A stretch of DNA of 18,571 nt from NCBI GenBank assembly GCA_041946805.1, contig JBHGBC010000120.1, positions 1 through 18,571 of the forward strand. The letters run 5' to 3'. Position numbers and translations under genes: made by a program. Below the pieces are notes generated by a model, which searched no databases, was not told where the DNA came from, and was given only the letters and a program-made list of their open reading frames with translations. Shown in pieces: positions 8,357-16,611 of the stretch; position 1 is the stretch's first letter; every line of letters starts with the position of its first letter. The DNA is from a bacterium (GTDB lineage: Bacteria > Hinthialibacterota > Hinthialibacteria > Hinthialibacterales > Hinthialibacteraceae).

Positions 8357-9415
8357 TCAATACAGCCTCCAGCCGGACACGGACGTGTTTCCCGCCGGAG
8401 TCAACTGGCGGGCCATCGCCTCGATGATCCACGGGGTGACCACCCCGGGACTTTCCTGCACCATCATCTGGAAATTGACCGCCAGCAACTCTTCCGGCTG
8501 GATGATGTAATCCGTATTGCGGCCGATTTGCTCGTAGAAATTTTCTAGTTGCTCAGCCTTCAGAATCACCGGCAACCCGCTCTCCATCTTGCACCGGAAA
8601 TCCGCCCCCTCCGGCTCGATGACGGCAAAGCCGGATTGGAAATACTCGCAGAGAACTCCTCCGGCGTAATCTTTGTAGGCATAGAGAACCGGCACCGCCT
8701 GGACCGGTTGGATCTGATACGTGACATCGATGTAATGAAGGTTCCGAGGGGCGTCCGGATTCACCACCATCCGGGGAACCAGTTTCTCCGGCCAGATGAT
8801 TTCGCCCGGACAGGGGTGAAATCCGGCGATCGCGTACAAGGCGTCGCGCAATTCCGGATTGTACCGGGTGAGAATATGAAAGAGTTCATGAACCAGAATC
8901 TCTTCCTCGATAGGATCACAAAAAAACATACCGAAGATACTTTCGGGGGGAGGAATGAAAATGGCGTTCAACCGCGTATAAAACACCCGGCAGCCCACGT
9001 GAAAGAAACAGTCGATCGTCTGGCCCGTGGTCCTCACGAAATAAATCACGTCCGGAAGCCGCAGATCCCATTTCGACAATTTGACGGCCAGACGGCCAAT
9101 GACTTCCAGGTTGCGTTCGATTTCCCAATCGTCCCATTCCAGAACCTGCTGGCTCAAATAATCCAAGAACTCCTCTTCGGACACCGCGTTCTGGCTCTTC
9201 AGGATGCTTTGCCTTTCAAAGGGCGTCGACGCCGTGATATAGTCATCGCGCGTGGTGATCAAGTTCCTCGCTTCCTCCACATCGGCGAAACGCACCACCG
9301 TGTTCCGGTAAAGCGGGACCTCCAGGCGGGCCGCGTTTTCCGCGCGGGCGTCCAGCACGGCGAACAGCAAGGCCAAGCCGGCCCAGAAGGGAAAGCGGAC
9401 AAATGAGATTGGCAT
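8357..9415 (-). CDS. Secreted hypothetical protein with HExxH zinc-metallopeptidase-like motif
   Basis: Signal peptide ending ARA|EN. ILVHELFHILTR motif, and a downstream IIQPEELLAVNF segment that could supply a third metal ligand. GGAGA lies just upstream of the ATG. Confidence 0.75.
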   Translation of the reverse strand: MPISFVRFPFWAGLALLFAVLDARAENAARLEVPLYRNTVVRFADVEEARNLITTRDDYITASTPFERQSILKSQNAVSEEEFLDYLSQQVLEWDDWEIERNLEVIGRLAVKLSKWDLRLPDVIYFVRTTGQTIDCFFHVGCRVFYTRLNAIFIPPPESIFGMFFCDPIEEEILVHELFHILTRYNPELRDALYAIAGFHPCPGEIIWPEKLVPRMVVNPDAPRNLHYIDVTYQIQPVQAVPVLYAYKDYAGGVLCEYFQSGFAVIEPEGADFRCKMESGLPVILKAEQLENFYEQIGRNTDYIIQPEELLAVNFQMMVQESPGVVTPWIIEAMARQLTPAGNTSVSGWRLY

Positions 9416-9662
9416 GGCGTTTCTCCGGCGCGGATCCCCACATTCGGTGAATTTCAGGATATCCGTATCACCAGGCCCCGGTCATTGAATCGAAAACTTT
9501 TCCCAACGTTCTGCCGCTCATGCAGCCACGGGGCATTCGTCGATCCAGCAAACATCCGCAACCCGATTCAGGAGGCAAGTGGAACCCATTGGTAGGGCAG
9601 AGGCAGGATAGAAACCCCTCTGAAGAGGCGATACCAAAAAAAGAAGGCTTCAAAGTTTTTTC

Positions 9663-9691
9663 ATTTTAATCATTCATTTCGCACATGTCAA
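9663..9691 (-). promoter_or_regulatory. Sigma70-type promoter for the 8357-9415 gene (and possibly the downstream exoprotein cluster)
   Basis: Minus strand TTGACA (9691-9686), 17-nt spacer, TAAAAT (9668-9663), with an AT-rich UP-like region upstream. Confidence 0.7.
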
Positions 9692-9793
9692 TAATAAAAA
9701 TCATGTTTACTAAATTCATAAACAAAATCAGGTTCATCCGAGAAGTGCATACTGGATGAAATAAAACGGATTTCCTTCGGCCCGGCAAAAATT

Positions 9794-9826
9794 CCCTCAC
9801 CCTGGCCCACTCCCCGAGGGAGAGGG
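9794..9826 (+). repeat. BoxC-like/REP palindromic repeat, copy 4
   Basis: CCCTCACCCTGGCCCACTCCCCGAGGGAGAGGG. Confidence 0.85.
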
Positions 9827-10102
9827 TATTTTGGAGTGGTCTTTATCGATCACTTCAATGCGACGCGGACCGGCCATCAAAAAAAAGTACACTCTGGCCG
9901 GGTGAGTCCCAAATCAATTATTGCCGATCAACATAAAATGCTGTCATTCTGTTATGGTTCGGATATGATTCCTTAACGGATTATTCCTCACTTTGAATTC
10001 TTTCCCGATACGGATAATTTCATCGATCATCAGGTAAATGCGCACTTTCTTCCAGAGTGCCATCTGGCATCGCTTCGTCCTGAGCAATACCCTCCTCCCA
10101 TC

Positions 10103-10135
10103 CCCTCTCCCTCGGGGAATGGGCCAGGGTAAGAG
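10103..10135 (-). repeat. BoxC-like/REP palindromic repeat, copy 5 (inverted partner of copy 4)
   Basis: Reverse complement CTCTTACCCTGGCCCATTCCCCGAGGGAGAGGG shares the CCCA.TCCCCGAGG variant with copy 4. Confidence 0.8.
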
Positions 10136-10218
10136 AGGGACCTGGGTGTCCACCCAGGGTATATCGCCGCAGGCCAAAACTACGGTTATTCAGGTGGAGC
10201 CCCGATGGAGGTACATTT

Positions 10219-10806
10219 TTATTTCATGAATTTCCCCTCGAACGCGATTTCGGCGAGCGGTTTCCGGGAAGAGGGGGTTTCGCGTTCGCGCAGGGTATCC
10301 GGCAGGTCTTCCAGGCGGCCGGGTTTGCCGATGGCCGCCATGGCTTCCACCTGATAGTCATCGGGGATGTTCAAGACCGTCTTGGCTTTGCCGTAATCGA
10401 ATCCCTGCATGCCGTGCACCACCAGGCCTTTCCGGGAACCTTGCAGCGCCAGGCTGGCCCAGGCCGCGCCGGTATCGAACGAATGCGTGAGGGAAGGCTG
10501 GCCGTTGTGATCGAAATTTTTTTTGGAGACAATGACGACGAGGGCGGCCGCGTTTTTTGTCCAACTCTGATTGAATTCGACCATGAGATCGAAAAACAGG
10601 CTCCACTCCGGCGTATCCCGCAACGCGTACAGGAACCGCCAGGGCTGGTTGTTGTAGCTGGAGGGAGCCCAGCGCGCGGCCTCGAAGAGGGACATCAACT
10701 CTACGCGGGAGATGGCTTCACCCGACATGGCGCGGGGCGACCAGCGGTTGATGAAAATGTCATCGACGGGATAATCGGCCTTCCGGACTTGCTTGGCTTC
10801 GATCAT
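10219..10806 (-). CDS. Nitroreductase family protein
   Basis: Motifs FINRWSPRAM, EAARWAPSSYNNQPWRF, FDTGAAW and GLVVHGMQGFD. SD AGGAGGT (10817-10811) supports the ATG at 10806. Confidence 0.95.
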   Translation of the reverse strand: MIEAKQVRKADYPVDDIFINRWSPRAMSGEAISRVELMSLFEAARWAPSSYNNQPWRFLYALRDTPEWSLFFDLMVEFNQSWTKNAAALVVIVSKKNFDHNGQPSLTHSFDTGAAWASLALQGSRKGLVVHGMQGFDYGKAKTVLNIPDDYQVEAMAAIGKPGRLEDLPDTLRERETPSSRKPLAEIAFEGKFMK

Positions 10807-10859
10807 GGCAACCTCCTGTATCACGGGCTGTGAGCAAGCACCACTTCATTTCCCATCAT

Positions 10860-12179
10860 TCACACCGCCACGCCTTTGGTTTGCCAGGAGTACATCTTCT
10901 TCTTCAAATCACGCAGTTTGGGCATGACGTAGGGGCCTTCGGGAATGACCAGAATCCTCGCGTCCGGGCCGTGCCGCCGCAGGGCCTGTTCAATGCCCTC
11001 CTCCACCGAGGCGATGGGCGTGAGCAGAAACTCGTGCATGTCGCTGGGACTGATGCCCTCGGAGAAGTAGAGCAATTCGCAATGATGCAGGCCGTTGACC
11101 AGCTCTTGAATCATCCACTGGTCCTTGGCGATGTAGTTCGGTTCCTTGACGAGCCGGTAGAAGTGCATGGGGTCCTCGAGTTGCCGGAGCAGGGAGACGA
11201 ACTCGTGGCTGCCGCCGCCTTCCTCGTTGCGCGCCGCGAGAATCACAGTGCCGCCCGGTTTGACCGCTTCCAGGGCCGCCACGAAGCCCTTGATGGACTG
11301 ATAGAGGGTCTTGTCGAGTGGATACCCGCCGCCGTTGGTGATGACGATGTCCACTTCCTCCTCGATGGGGATCATGGCGCACCTCGTCACGAGTCCGCAA
11401 GCTTTCTCATGGGCGGCCTCGAGATCGCCGCTGAACACGCCGGTGATTTCGCGTTTCTCGTTCAGGGTGACGTTGGCGATGAAATCCACGCCTACTTGGC
11501 GCGCGATCGCGACTCCCGCCTCGTGAAAGGGATTGCCCCGCAACCGGCCGTTGTAGGTGCTGTCCTGCTGCAGCATGCGGTACCCGTGCATGTGCTTCAT
11601 GGTTTCGAGCGTGACGATGCCCGGCAGCACGGCCTTGCGCCCGCCCGAGAAGCCGGCCATCAGGTGCAACTCGACGAGGCCGGTGAGGATTTTGAGATCG
11701 GCCTCGAGAAACGTCTTGTCGAGATAAACGGGAATGCCGCCCCCGATTTCACATACGTAGGCGTTGGTTTCGGGATCTTCGGAATAATGGTTGACCACCG
11801 TGTAGTTTTCGGCGATCGAAGCCCCCACCAGCTCCACCAGCTCATCGCCCAAATTGGGACGGTGGATGCCCGTGGCGATCAGCAGGGTGATCTTTTCACG
11901 CGGAACTCCCGCTTCCTCGATGGTTTGCAGAATCGGGGGCAACAGAATCCGGTTGGGGACCGGCCGGGTGATATCCGAAATCACCACCACCGCGGATGAG
12001 CGTCCGCGGGCAATTTCCGGCAACGGCCGGCTGTGGATCGGTTCACGCAGCGAATCTTCGATCGCCCGCACGGGATCCGCGATCGGATCGGCGGCATGCA
12101 TGTGCATGACGCCCGCCAGATTACGGTCCGGGACCTGAATGTCCAACCCTTTTTTTCCATAAGCCAACCGTAAATCCAT
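10860..12179 (-). CDS. larA: LarA-family nickel-pincer-dependent lactate racemase / 2-hydroxyacid epimerase
   Basis: Motifs VVISDITRP, IATGIHR, VVNH, ELHLMAGFSGGRKAVLPG, GGYPLDKTLYQSIKG. SD GGAGG upstream of ATG 12179 (MDLRLAYG). Confidence 0.92.
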   Translation of the reverse strand: MDLRLAYGKKGLDIQVPDRNLAGVMHMHAADPIADPVRAIEDSLREPIHSRPLPEIARGRSSAVVVISDITRPVPNRILLPPILQTIEEAGVPREKITLLIATGIHRPNLGDELVELVGASIAENYTVVNHYSEDPETNAYVCEIGGGIPVYLDKTFLEADLKILTGLVELHLMAGFSGGRKAVLPGIVTLETMKHMHGYRMLQQDSTYNGRLRGNPFHEAGVAIARQVGVDFIANVTLNEKREITGVFSGDLEAAHEKACGLVTRCAMIPIEEEVDIVITNGGGYPLDKTLYQSIKGFVAALEAVKPGGTVILAARNEEGGGSHEFVSLLRQLEDPMHFYRLVKEPNYIAKDQWMIQELVNGLHHCELLYFSEGISPSDMHEFLLTPIASVEEGIEQALRRHGPDARILVIPEGPYVMPKLRDLKKKMYSWQTKGVAV

Positions 12180-12407
12180 GTTTGATCCTCCCCGTATGTC
12201 TGCAATACGATTTGCCTGAAAGCTTATCATTGAAGTCGGTGGTTCTCAATGAAGGAAATGGATTCCCCGAATCCTTCGATGGGTTGATTGTCCGGATTGT
12301 CCGGCCTCTTTCCGCTCCATGCCCCTGGATTCAATATGTCACTTTCGATATTTTTCGATATATTCCAATTGAAATAACAACGATGGGGGAATGAAAAAAT
12401 CAATCCT

Positions 12408-15401
12408 ATGAATTGTATCCCGTTTTGCTTGTTCATCGTGTTTCCGGTTGCCGTCCCCGCGGCGGATTCCACGGACGTTGTCATCAACGAAATCATGTAC
12501 CACCCCGCCAGCGGCCTGGCGTCGGAAGAATATGTCGAACTATACAACCGGGGCTCCTATCCCATCGATCTGAGCGGGTGGTACTTCTCCGACGGCATCC
12601 GGTACAGTTTCCCAGCCAACATCCTCCTGCCGCCGGATTCGTACCTGGTCGTGGCCCAGAACCAGGCCCGCGTCCGGGAAAAATATGGAATCAACAACGT
12701 CGTGGGCAATTATATAGGTGAACTGAGCGACAAAGGGGAGCGCATCGCGCTCAGCGACGCCAAGGGAGACCTGGTGGACGAAGTCACCTACTCGGATTCG
12801 TTCCCCTGGCCGGTGGCCGCGGACGAAATGGGGCCGTCCCTGGAGTGCGTCAATCCCGGCCTGGATAACAACGCCGCCCGCGATTGGGACACCGCCCAGG
12901 GCATCGTGGATTGGACCCGCATCGACCTGGAGGGAACCGCGGCGGGCTCCCGGATTTTCTTTGCCCTGAAGGAATCCGGCGAGGCCTGGATCGATGCCGT
13001 GCAACTCACCGAGCTGGGCGGTCTGCAGGCCGAACAAGCCGTATGGCCCATGAATTACCGCCATCTGCCGGGCGGCGACCAGGGTCTGGACATGCATTTC
13101 TCCCTCGTGCCCGTGAATGTCGATCCCGGACGGGATCTCCTAAGCGTCCAATTATCCCAGGAATCGCGGATTTTTGTATTCGGCCTGACGGCGCAGGCGG
13201 GCGCGGACCTGGCGCCCGTGGATTTATCGGGGTATTTCGATACCGACGGTATTTCCTGGCCAACCAATCTCCATGATGGCGATCTGGACGGCGGGGGGGC
13301 TACCTACGCCGCGGAACTGCTGCCTTCCGGCCGGATTTTGAAATCCGGCCTGGGGACCCCCCCAATCTGGTGGAACCTGGGACCCTATGACGATGGGAAA
13401 AACAACGCCATCCGGTCCCTGGGGCAGGAAATCGTCCTGCCGGAAGGGAAATTCAGTCAATTGCATTTTCTGGTGACCGCCGTCAACGCGCAGACCCTCT
13501 ACGATACCATCACGCTGGTCTACGCCGACGGCTCGGAAACCGTGGGCATCCAGGTCACCGATTGGGCGGTGGCCGTGCCCGACGCCTCCGCCTCGCAAAA
13601 CTGGGTGGCGAATGGATCCTTCGAATCCAGCCTGCTGAGCTGGCAGTTGGACGCCGAACACCGCAACAGCGCCGCGGGCATCGAACAATCCTATTCGGGA
13701 CGCCGGGCCTTGCATCTGGAGCGGACGGCGGCCCTCGGCGGTCAAGGTCTGGGAGTTTATCAAGATATTTCCGGGATGACCGCGGGGCATACCTATCGTC
13801 TGCAATTCTGGGTGCGGGCGGGCCAGGGAAGCGCCAAACTGACCGCCGGGCTGGAAGGCGGGCCGCAAACCGAAATCCAACTGGGCGGCGAGGGATCTCC
13901 GGGAATCCGCAACCAGGTTTGGCAAGAGATGCTGCCCCCCTTTTTCGAGGAAATCATGTGGACACCCACTCAGCCCACGCCGCGGGACGCGGTGACGATC
14001 GAGGCGCGGATCAGCAGCGGCGCGCCGCTCCGCTCGGTCACCTTGGAATACACGGTGAATCAAACCCCCGCGGCGGCGCCCATGCGGGATGATGGAGTGC
14101 CTCCGGACCGGATTGCGGGCGACGGCCTTCTTGCCGCGCAGTTGCCGCCGCAGGCTTCGCAGACGCCGGTGCTGTTCACGATCCGGGCCACCGATGATCT
14201 GGGCCGCGAGACCATCACTCCACGCCGGAACGAGCCCACCCCGCGCCATGGGTACTTCGTTTACGACGGGGATGTGAATACCGATCTGCCCATCTATTTC
14301 TTGTTTGTGGCCCCGGAACTCATCCGGCAGCTGAACCGCAATCCCGAATCGGATGTCATGGTGGAGGGGATGGTGGCGGTGGACGGCGTGGTTTTCGACC
14401 GGATCCACGTGCGCTACCGGGGGGCCTGGGCGCGCTCCTGGCCCAAGAAGAACTGGAAGATCCGCTTCAACAAGGGACGGTACTACAACGGCCTGCGCAC
14501 GATCAACCTCAATTCCAACTACCACGACCGGGCTTACATGCGCGAGAAATTGTCCTACGATCTCTTCGCCGATTCGTCCAATCCCGGGTGCCAGGCGCGT
14601 TTCGTATGGATGCAGCTGAACGGCGAACCCTTCGGCCTCTACACCGAAGTCGAACAACCCGACGAGCGTTTTCTCGAACGGATCCACCGCGAAGGAGGGA
14701 GTCTTTACAAAAGCGAGGGGAAGTACCAAATCCTCGGTTCGGAAAGTCAATACATCCAAACCTATGAAAAAGAGACCAACCGGGACGAATCCTACGACGC
14801 GCTGATCCAAATGATCGAAGACATCAACCGCATCCCCGACGCGGAGGTGCACGAGTATTTCAACCAGCATTTCAACGTGGAATCGTACGTCGATTACCTG
14901 GTGGTTAACGCCTGCATCTCCAACTGGGACCACTTGACCAAGAATCACCTGGCGTTTCAGGACACGGCGGGCGCGGGCAAGTGGGAGTTTTTCCCCTGGG
15001 ACCTGGACCGCACCTGGGGCGAATTCGCCGATTGGAACATTTACTATAACCAGCACATCCTGACGGGAATCAAGGGGCACCCCGCGCCGACTCTCAGCTC
15101 GGATTGGTGGAATTACGTGCAAAACCGGTTTCTGCGGGAGGAGCGGTTCTTGACCATGTACTACAACCGCATGCGGGATTTCTTACAAACCGTGTTCACC
15201 GAGGAACGCCAGTTCGCCCGGATCGACGCCCTGGACGCCTTGATCCGCGACGAGGTTCCCTGGGACAAGCAGATTCATGGCGAACAGGCCAATTGGGATT
15301 ACGGGGAAGAAGTAGAACGCCTCAAGTGGTATGTATCCCACCGCCGCGCCTTTCTGTTTCAATCCCTGCCGGTCCCGGTGGAAGATTGGACGCTTTATTG
15401 A
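12408..15401 (+). CDS. Secreted multidomain protein: lamin-tail domain, beta-sandwich/CBM-like domains, Ig-like domain and CotH kinase domain
   Basis: LTD motifs VVINEIMYHP...EEYVELYN...IDLSGW. CBM-like NWVANGSFES...TYRLQFWVR. MRDDG...AGDG anchor-like segment. CotH motifs VRYRG, KKNWKIRF, MREKLSYDLF, NWD...KN and PWDLDRTWG. Hydrophobic N-terminus; exact start uncertain. Confidence 0.9.
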   Translation: MNCIPFCLFIVFPVAVPAADSTDVVINEIMYHPASGLASEEYVELYNRGSYPIDLSGWYFSDGIRYSFPANILLPPDSYLVVAQNQARVREKYGINNVVGNYIGELSDKGERIALSDAKGDLVDEVTYSDSFPWPVAADEMGPSLECVNPGLDNNAARDWDTAQGIVDWTRIDLEGTAAGSRIFFALKESGEAWIDAVQLTELGGLQAEQAVWPMNYRHLPGGDQGLDMHFSLVPVNVDPGRDLLSVQLSQESRIFVFGLTAQAGADLAPVDLSGYFDTDGISWPTNLHDGDLDGGGATYAAELLPSGRILKSGLGTPPIWWNLGPYDDGKNNAIRSLGQEIVLPEGKFSQLHFLVTAVNAQTLYDTITLVYADGSETVGIQVTDWAVAVPDASASQNWVANGSFESSLLSWQLDAEHRNSAAGIEQSYSGRRALHLERTAALGGQGLGVYQDISGMTAGHTYRLQFWVRAGQGSAKLTAGLEGGPQTEIQLGGEGSPGIRNQVWQEMLPPFFEEIMWTPTQPTPRDAVTIEARISSGAPLRSVTLEYTVNQTPAAAPMRDDGVPPDRIAGDGLLAAQLPPQASQTPVLFTIRATDDLGRETITPRRNEPTPRHGYFVYDGDVNTDLPIYFLFVAPELIRQLNRNPESDVMVEGMVAVDGVVFDRIHVRYRGAWARSWPKKNWKIRFNKGRYYNGLRTINLNSNYHDRAYMREKLSYDLFADSSNPGCQARFVWMQLNGEPFGLYTEVEQPDERFLERIHREGGSLYKSEGKYQILGSESQYIQTYEKETNRDESYDALIQMIEDINRIPDAEVHEYFNQHFNVESYVDYLVVNACISNWDHLTKNHLAFQDTAGAGKWEFFPWDLDRTWGEFADWNIYYNQHILTGIKGHPAPTLSSDWWNYVQNRFLREERFLTMYYNRMRDFLQTVFTEERQFARIDALDALIRDEVPWDKQIHGEQANWDYGEEVERLKWYVSHRRAFLFQSLPVPVEDWTLY

Positions 15402-15483
15402 GATTCATTCATTTTCCAGACATGGCTTTCCTTCTCCAGGCCATGCTAAGATAACCGCATCCTTACGAATCGGGAGATGATTC

Positions 15484-16515
15484 ATGCTGGCCGCGGTGTT
15501 ACACGATTTCAATCGACTGGAGTTGGAAGAGGTTCCGGCGCCCGAACCGAAAGCGGGCGAGGTGGCGGTGCGGATCAAGTCCTGCGGCTTCTGCGCCACC
15601 GATTACAAGGCGATCAAAGGGATCCGGCGCAATGTGAATTTCCCCCTCATCCCCGGACACGAACCGGCGGGCGTCGTCGCGGCCGTGGGCGCGGGCGTGA
15701 AGCACGTGAAGGAGGGGGACGAGGTGATCATCCAGCCCAGCGGCTTCTGCGGCTTTTGCCCCCATTGCCGCGTGGGCAACACGCATTACTGCGAGCATTC
15801 GTACACCACGGGCGGCGACGGGCCGGAGGACACGCGGCCGGGCAGCTTCGCCGAATACACCGTCACCCAGGCCACTTCGATTTACAAGAAGCCTCCGCAA
15901 ATCAGTTTCGACGCCGCCTGCCAGACCGAGCCGGTCAGCGGGGCGTGGAAAGGTGTGATCTATTTTTCGGAAATGAAAATCGGCGACGACGCGGTGATCA
16001 TCGGCACGGGCAGCATCGGCATGTACTGCCTGATGGTGGCCAAGGCCGCGGGGGCGGGCCGCCTGATCGCCGTGGACGTCAGCGAATACGCCCTGGAGAC
16101 CGCCCGCCGACTGGGCGCGACCCATCTGATCAATCCCACGCAATGCGACGCGAAAAAGGCGATTTATGACATCATACCCGAGGGGCCGGATTTCGTCATC
16201 GAAGCCGCCGGCCCCATCGAGGCCGTGCAACTGATGGTCAGCCTGCTGCGCCGGGGAACGCGCTGGAACGTGTTCGGCATCACTACTCACGAGACCTTCG
16301 AACTCGACGGCGGCCTGACCCATTTCATGGAAGCGCGCATGGATTCCAGCTTCGGGACCAATCCCATCGCCATGCAGAACGCCATCCGGTTGATGGAACG
16401 GGGGCTGATCGATCCCGAAAAAGTCATCTCCCACCGCTTCCCTCTCACGGAGATCCACAAGGCGGTGGAAGTCATGGGCAGCCCCGCACGCAACAAGATA
16501 GTGATTCATCCATGA
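15484..16515 (+). CDS. Zinc-dependent medium-chain dehydrogenase (sorbitol/threonine dehydrogenase-like)
   Basis: GFCATD and GHE catalytic Zn motifs; CGFCPHC-x7-C structural Zn site; GTGSIG Rossmann motif; AVDV acidic residue indicating NAD preference. GGGAG SD upstream. Confidence 0.95.
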   Translation: MLAAVLHDFNRLELEEVPAPEPKAGEVAVRIKSCGFCATDYKAIKGIRRNVNFPLIPGHEPAGVVAAVGAGVKHVKEGDEVIIQPSGFCGFCPHCRVGNTHYCEHSYTTGGDGPEDTRPGSFAEYTVTQATSIYKKPPQISFDAACQTEPVSGAWKGVIYFSEMKIGDDAVIIGTGSIGMYCLMVAKAAGAGRLIAVDVSEYALETARRLGATHLINPTQCDAKKAIYDIIPEGPDFVIEAAGPIEAVQLMVSLLRRGTRWNVFGITTHETFELDGGLTHFMEARMDSSFGTNPIAMQNAIRLMERGLIDPEKVISHRFPLTEIHKAVEVMGSPARNKIVIHP

Positions 16516-16519
16516 AAAA

Positions 16520-16600
16520 GTCGGATGGGTTGAGCGCAACGAAACTCACCAAAAGCAATGTAGAAATGCAGGGTGGGCTCAAAGCGCGGCGTAGCCCACC
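16520..16600 (+). repeat. Two tandem REP-like hairpins between convergent genes (possible bidirectional terminator/stabiliser)
   Basis: GTCGGATGGGTTGAGCGCAACGAAACTCACC (16520-16550) and TGCAGGGTGGGCTCAAAGCGCGGCGTAGCCCACC (16567-16600). Confidence 0.75.
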
Positions 16601-16611
16601 AAAATCCCCCC

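Noticed and set aside
9468..9653. 61-aa ORF in the long leader
   Set aside because: TTG start at the predicted TSS, no SD and no recognisable features; unsupported without Ribo-seq.
9600..9655. AAACCCCTCTGAAGAGG...CAAA resembling a c-di-GMP-I riboswitch hairpin
   Set aside because: Consensus GGCAAACC/GACGCAAAG is not met and no plus-strand gene follows.
1739..10135. CRISPR array interpretation of the 33-bp repeats
   Set aside because: Copies are dispersed, in both orientations and irregularly spaced, with no cas genes.
9944..10177. 77-aa ORF with ALWKKVR, faintly like DUF559/Vsr endonucleases
   Set aside because: It starts at a non-ATG codon, runs through a repeat and shows no further DUF559 motifs; too weak to call.
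13224..15122. Long antisense and alternative-frame ORFs (e.g. 13224-15122, 16813-18228, 4526-5719, 10830-11999, 15499-16539)
   Set aside because: They shadow well-supported genes, show no family motifs and are expected from GC-rich codon bias.
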